Position numbers and translations under genes: made by a program | Shown here: piece after piece, positions 58,331-64,000 of the stretch | How the letters are laid out: every line of letters starts with the position of its first letter | Position numbering within the stretch: position 1 is the stretch's first letter | NCBI GenBank assembly: GCA_951406725.2 | Contig: OX597830.1 | Span: 12,276,001 to 12,340,000, forward strand | DNA: 64,000 nucleotides | DNA from: Octopus vulgaris | Lineage: Eukaryota | Reading direction: 5' to 3' | Notes under the pieces: generated by a model | Seen by the model: only the letters and a program-made list of their open reading frames with translations | Told to the model about the DNA's origin: nothing | Databases searched by the model: none

Positions 58331-59404
58331 ACTTAGAGGCAGCATTACCCGGAAAGCCGCCTGTTTCTGTGTCTGCAATCGTACGGGCTCTAGATGGAAT
58401 ATCGATAACTATGAAGTTGGTTGAAGATGTTGCAGATGCAAGAAATACCCCAAGAACTCTGGAAAAGCGTTATGAATACGCGCATTGTTTCATGGAAGAG
58501 GGAGCTGTTGGCCATTGCGTATTCATGATGAATGTGGGTACAAAATTTGGACCTAGTGGTCTTTTGAACGAGCTCCTCGAGGCTTTCCTGTTCGCTGAGT
58601 TGTCAACTGTCAACGTGGGGAAAACAGGAACGTCACTTTCGCGGTGTCGGGAGGAATCGGCCTCGTTCACCACACCATTGCAAACGATGCCATTACATGA
58701 AACTCTTTCGAGGAGTTCTTGGTGGAAACAGTTCGGGCATGTGCCGACTTGTTCCCAGCGGATGAATCCGTCTACTTGATCTACAACAAAGCGCGGCCAC
58801 ACGTTCGTTCCTAGCTCCCAGCTGATGCCGACCCACGGATCAGTCTGAACTACTGCCTCCCTACTCACTGATTCTTAATTTTACGGAAGTGGCGCATTCT
58901 GCCTTTAAGGCAGCTGTCGAGCGGGACCTATCTCGAGCGGAGTTTCAGCAAAAGGGTTGGCGACCGGACAGCTGCAGAAGAAGTCGGCATGACCATAGAA
59001 AAATGTCGAGCACATGTCATACAAGAGGTCGCAAGGCGTTACATCGACGCTGTCACTTCAGAAAATTGTGTTTGTTGGTATAGATACACCCAGATCCACC
59101 TCCCAAGATGCCTCGACCGCCAGGAAATAGACGGCTAAACCCTCTCAAACGATCTCTCCTTATCAAGATTGTAAATCATTAATTATCTTAGTCTACATAG
59201 CACCCTTTCCCCGATGAAAGAAAAATGCACAATCAACGAAATATATACTTTCCCCAAGACATATTATGCAAAGGAAGAACACATATCACAACATAATGTA
59301 TTCGAAATCTAAGAAAATGAGCATCTGCTGGGACTATGAGTTTCTCTAAAAATATTGAAAAAGCTGGAATGCGATGTCAAGAAGTCGTTAACAATAAATA
59401 CATA

Positions 59405-59816
59405 GGCGCTGGAATGGCTGTGTGGTAAGTAGCTTGCTTACCAACCACATGGTTCCGGGCTCAGTCCCATTGCGTGGTATCTTGGGCAAGTGTCTTCTGC
59501 TATAGCCTCAGGCCGACCAATGCCTTGTGAGTGGATTTGGTAGACGGAAACTGAAAGAAGCCTGTCGTATATATGTATATATATATATGTATGTGTGTAT
59601 ATGTTTGTGTGTCTGTGTTTGTCCCCCCAACATCGCTTGACAACCGATACTGGTGTGTTTACGTCCCCGTAACTTAGCGGTTCGGCGAAAGAGACCGATA
59701 GAATAAGTACTGGGCTTACAAAGAATAAGTCCCGGGGTTGATTTGCTCGACTAAAGGCGGTGCTCCAGCATGACCGCAGTCAAATGACTGAAACAAGTAA
59801 AAGAGAGAGAGAGAGT
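59405..59816 (+). mobile_element. SINE family B
   Basis: Full-length match. Confidence 0.92.
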
Positions 59817-60171
59817 ACCTGTTTAAGAATAACAGAATACACAGAAAAAGACACAGAAATAGAGTGCTTAAAGCATAACCAATGCATCAAAACACATGAT
59901 TATGACAACAATGACCATGAGATAAATCCAAAGCAGCTATCGTGCTGATTTGATTGATTTCGACGGGCATTTTAATTAGAATGATGTTAAAGCTAAATTC
60001 TTTGACCGAAGTCCGAAATTGAATGGTCGAAAAACGAATTTGAATGACAAACTTTATGGCACTATATTTTTTCGCGACTTTGAATAACCCGATTAGCCAA
60101 TTGAACGGCAAGCGTACGAAAATGACTGCAAAAACCTGTAATAATATCGTGTCATTTAAAGTGATGTATTA

Positions 60172-60580
60172 ATACTCTTTTACTCTTTTACTGGTTTCAG
60201 TCATTTGACTGCGGCCATGCTGGAGCACCGCCTTTAATCGAGCAAATCGACCCTGTGACTTAGTCTTTGTAAGCCCAGTACTTATTCTATCGGTCTCTTT
60301 TGCCGAACCGCTAAGTGACGGGGACGTAGACACACCAGCATCGGTTGTCAAGCAATGCTAGAGGGACAAACACAGACACAAAAACATATACACACACATA
60401 CATATATATATATACATATACACGACAGGCTTCTTTCAGTTTCCGTCTACCAAATCCACTCACAAGGCATTGGTCGGCCCGAGGCTATAGCAGAAGACAC
60501 TTGCCCAAGATGCCACGCAGTGGGACTGAACCCAGAACCACGTGGCTGGTTAGCAAGCTACTTACCACACAGCCACTCCT
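60172..60580 (-). mobile_element. SINE family B
   Basis: Full-length match; inverted relative to 59405-59816. Confidence 0.92.
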
Positions 60581-61914
60581 TGCACAATTAATGCGTATTT
60601 CTTTGTCTTTATTTATTAGTGTTTTATTTACGTGCATGTAGAGAGTATTATATGTCGGGTTTATTTTTATGCGTTTGTCTTGCACCTTCCCCCTTCTCTC
60701 TCTATGAGTTTATTAATCTGCATTTAGCGCCTAGTTTTCCATCGCAAAAAGGTATTATTTAGCACTGCTCCTTGGTGCTAAAATGGGTATAGTGTTAAAT
60801 AAATCTACCAAATGACTGGTGCCCAAACGACTGCGCTAAATTATGCAGGTTCATTAATGCTCAGCAGCTTAGTTCTCGAGCTGTTAATAGGTAGGGTCAT
60901 TCATGTTAAAATCTCACCTGAGTATTCTCTCTAAATATTAATTACACCTGCTCTTCTATGTATTCGGTACAAATGCTGCAAATCATTACCCAATTGTATC
61001 TTTTACTTAGAGAATTGGACTGGACATGAAACGCCGTGGTTGTGAAACGAACTTCTTAACTTTTCAGACATATGTATCATATTGGTTTCAGATGTTGGCT
61101 CAAAGTCAGTAATTTCTGGAGAGAAGTAAGTCGATTGCATTTTGGGCTCAATACTCATCCGGTGCTTATTTCATGTCCCCATAAATATTAAAGGTAAAGT
61201 CGACCTCAGCGGAATTCCAAATTCATCATATTGAAGACAGTGAGTGTTCGAGTGAACCATTACAGTTAGGAAGCCAATGCTGAATAAGGGAAGTTAATGT
61301 GAAACGTTATGTAAAATAGGACCAACATGTGATTCATATTAAGGGCAAAGTATATTGTGCTTCCATCCTCAGCATATAATGTACTTCCATACCATGTGAG
61401 CTTGGAGTGACATTGCTGAATGTGGAGGTTATAAATGTTTGCTGTCTGTTTTGATATCATATAATTCATTCCCTGCAGAGTATGCCTTGCGACATATCCA
61501 AGTCCTGTGCATCCATCCCGACGCCTTAAAACTATAATGCAACAATATCAATACAAAGGAGAATCAACACAAAGTTGTTCCCTAAGGTGAGTGAAAAAGG
61601 ATGACGCAAGAGTGTAAAGGAAAAGAGCCAGCATCCAGGCTTTGCATGGTGATAATGACAGCACAGTGCAGGCCACCTTCTCTTGCTGTTTGGCCGAGAA
61701 AAACGAAATTATTAAAAAAAATATTTCTATGTTTCTAGAAATATGTTTTCCTCTTAAAATTGTGACCCCGAAGAGCAAGGAAAAAGTCGGGTTTAGTGCT
61801 TATTATTCTGGTTTGATAAATAACAAAGTAGAACAATTCATTCAACAAGGACAACTCTCTAAAGAACATGCGATAGTCACTGACCTTCGAGTTAGGGAGC
61901 AAATATAGAATCTC

Positions 61915-62535
61915 TGGGAAAGGAGACGATAATATTGACCATGTCAAGAGTGAATGCGGTAAACTAGCAAAAAGTGCAAGTCTAGGTAAAAGGGTTCATT
62001 AGGATGTTAACCAAGTGTGTGGATACAAATTGCAATATTCATAAAAATTGCAGGATTCTATGCAATTTCCCCATGGTGCCCCAGCATGACCGCAGCCTTC
62101 GGGCTGAAACATTTCTAAGGATTTAAGGATATCGTTGAAGCAAGCAGACTAGATATGATTATAGATGACAAAAGAAGTAAGTAGTATAATATCATCAGCT
62201 TTGCAATACTATGCTATAATAGAGTGGATACCAAAGAAATTGAAAAGAAAAAAAATGTGAAATAGTGTGACAGCCAAGGAACTGAGATTTTGGAAGACCA
62301 GAATAGCAATTATTCATGTGGTAATTGGTGCACTTGGTAAAATTCCAAAACTGATACCTAAGAGCTTGAAAGATACTGTAACGGAGACTTGCGTTATCGA
62401 CCTGTAGAAAACTGCAATCCTGTGTTCCACAAGAACCATAAAATCCTTGAAATTTGAAATTTGAGGGAATGTGGTGACAAATTTCAAGACAAGGCCTCTA
62501 CTGACTAATATAGCATATAACAGATATAATAATAA
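61915..62535 (+). mobile_element. Highly degenerate R4/Dong-type LINE 3' fragment
   Basis: IDHVKSECGKLA, ASRLDMIIDDK, VVIGALGKIPK, KTAIL motifs; (TAA) tail. Confidence 0.65.
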
Positions 62536-62714
62536 CAAAATGTTTTATTTTCCTTAAAATCTCAAAGTGATTCATTAAAATTCGATTATCGATGAGCAGA
62601 GGAATTACAAAGAGGTGTGGAGAGCGAAGGAAAAGTTATATAAAGATAAGATTAGACATTTCTACTTTGTTATTTATACAAAGATAAGATTAGAATGTTA
62701 AAATCAATTTCTTT

Positions 62715-62931
62715 ACAACCCACTAAAGACAGAGGAGACAAACAAGGACAGGCAAACGGATTAAGTCGATCACATTGACCCCAGTGCGCAACTGGTACTT
62801 AATTTATCGACCCCCAAAAGGATGAAAGGCAAAGTCGACCTCGGCGAAATTTGAACTCAGAACGTAACGGTAGGCGAAATACGGCTACGCATTTCGCCCG
62901 GCGTGCTAACGTTTCTGCCAGCTCGCCGCCT
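62715..62931 (-). mobile_element. SINE family C
   Basis: Reverse-complement match. Confidence 0.9.
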
Positions 62932-64000
62932 TCAGAGAAAGTTGAAATTTATTAAACAAATAGAAAGCAAAATACACATATATATATATAAAATGTGTAA
63001 TAAAACATAATCAAAATTATGTATAATTAAATAGAAAATAATATTTAATTATGTATAATTTAATAGAAAATGAAACAGGAAAAAATATTCTGTGTTCTCA
63101 GCAGCACTCGGTCGAAAAACCACTGGCTAGGTCACATACTTATCATCTCACAATTTTTCGTACGTTGATGTCTTGCATCCCAAAGGTGCCTATTAGCAAC
63201 ATTTTTGAGTTTTTTGGGTTGGTAATAATCTTCATCTTCAAGATATGCTTGTTTAATTTCATTGTAATATATTTGTACTGCTTTTACTAAAAACTAGTCT
63301 TTCACATTTCTCTTCAACCACACCATTTGCCTCACTCATTTTTACAACTCCGAAATACTCCTTGTGCGTTAAATGTGTTATTTTGTCCATGGAATGTTGG
63401 TTTGATCATCGAAGGACGATGAATTCAGCATCTTCCTCTTCATTATCGTCATCATTACGCTGACAAAAGAGTATAATTGTGCTTTGAAAAGCTTTTCTTC
63501 ACCCGTTTTTTGTTTTCTAAAGCAGTTCACATTTCTTTGTTTTTTTTTAATGAATTCTTTCTCTTTTACGCATTTACATTTCCTTCTACAATTTGAATAC
63601 TTTCTGTGACAATCTTTATTTCTTACTCATGAATGAATATTGGGGTGTATGTTTGCCTGTTTCCAGGACCTGGCATGAGGTGACGCGGTGACCTCCTCTG
63701 TCATTTTCGAAACTGTGACTCTTCGTATTCCAGTCACTTTGGCTTGCTGCTCTTGTGTCTGCTTCAGCTGGTCTTCATCAGCTGGTCTTTCCTTTCTCAT
63801 CTTCTTTCCTACTGTATCCAGTTCTCCAAGGCAAAGGCTCTCCACTTGTAGATGCCACTCGTTCTGCTCTCCATCACCAGCCACATACTCTTTGTCTTAG
63901 CCTCCTAAAGTTGACTCATATTCGAGGATCATAAGGACTTGCAAAATCTACTTTGAAACACGCCGATGTATCGCCTCTTATCAACCATTACTGTAACCAC

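Larger units (their letters stand above)
55228..60140. mobile_element. Old TIR-bounded element (inverted arms about 55228-55392 and 59942-60140) with nested LINE and SINE
   Basis: ttttcgtacg...tcattcaaagtcgcgaaaaaa...gtcattcaagttcgtttt...aaaatgcccgtcga is mirrored in reverse complement at the right end. Confidence 0.65.

Noticed and set aside
60758-60782. Palindromic tttagcac...gtgctaaa resembling an RE1/NRSE silencer upstream of a neural adhesion gene
   Set aside because: Needs a mismatch and an insertion to fit the RE1 consensus, and REST regulation is not established in molluscs.
61260-61910. Possible transposase C-terminus (minus) and CR1/L2 inter-domain fragment (plus)
   Set aside because: Only weak motif resemblance; too decayed to call.

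Overview
Eukaryotic, AT-rich, repeat-saturated genomic DNA. The tRNA-derived SINE families and microsatellite load look like an octopus/coleoid cephalopod (inferred from repeat recognition, not proven). One host gene is visible: a minus-strand invertebrate-type contactin. I reconstructed nine phase-compatible GT-AG exons (27939 down to 81; 1404 nt, 468 codons) encoding a degenerate C-type-lectin domain plus Ig domains 1-3. The gene runs off the left edge, and I could not find its signal-peptide exon. Almost everything else is mobile DNA: four tRNA-type SINE families (many copies with intact TSDs), a 12-copy 203-bp SINE-derived satellite, R4/Dong-type RLE LINE fragments piled into (TAA)n tracts, a Neptune-type Penelope element and solo pseudo-LTRs with minimal hammerhead-ribozyme motifs, Tx1/L1-type LINE remnants, a Helitron, a Helentron/DINE-like element, Chapaev and mariner remnants, MITEs (one family carrying TTAGGG repeats) and long microsatellites. 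Nearly all long ORFs in the supplied track are microsatellite or SINE artefacts. There is no CRISPR, rRNA or genuine tRNA. The most interesting leads are RNA-level: long fold-back hairpins next to contactin exons, an inverted MITE pair bracketing a frame-neutral 444-nt lectin exon module, and non-canonical hammerhead cores on the contactin sense strand. These are hypotheses, not demonstrated systems.
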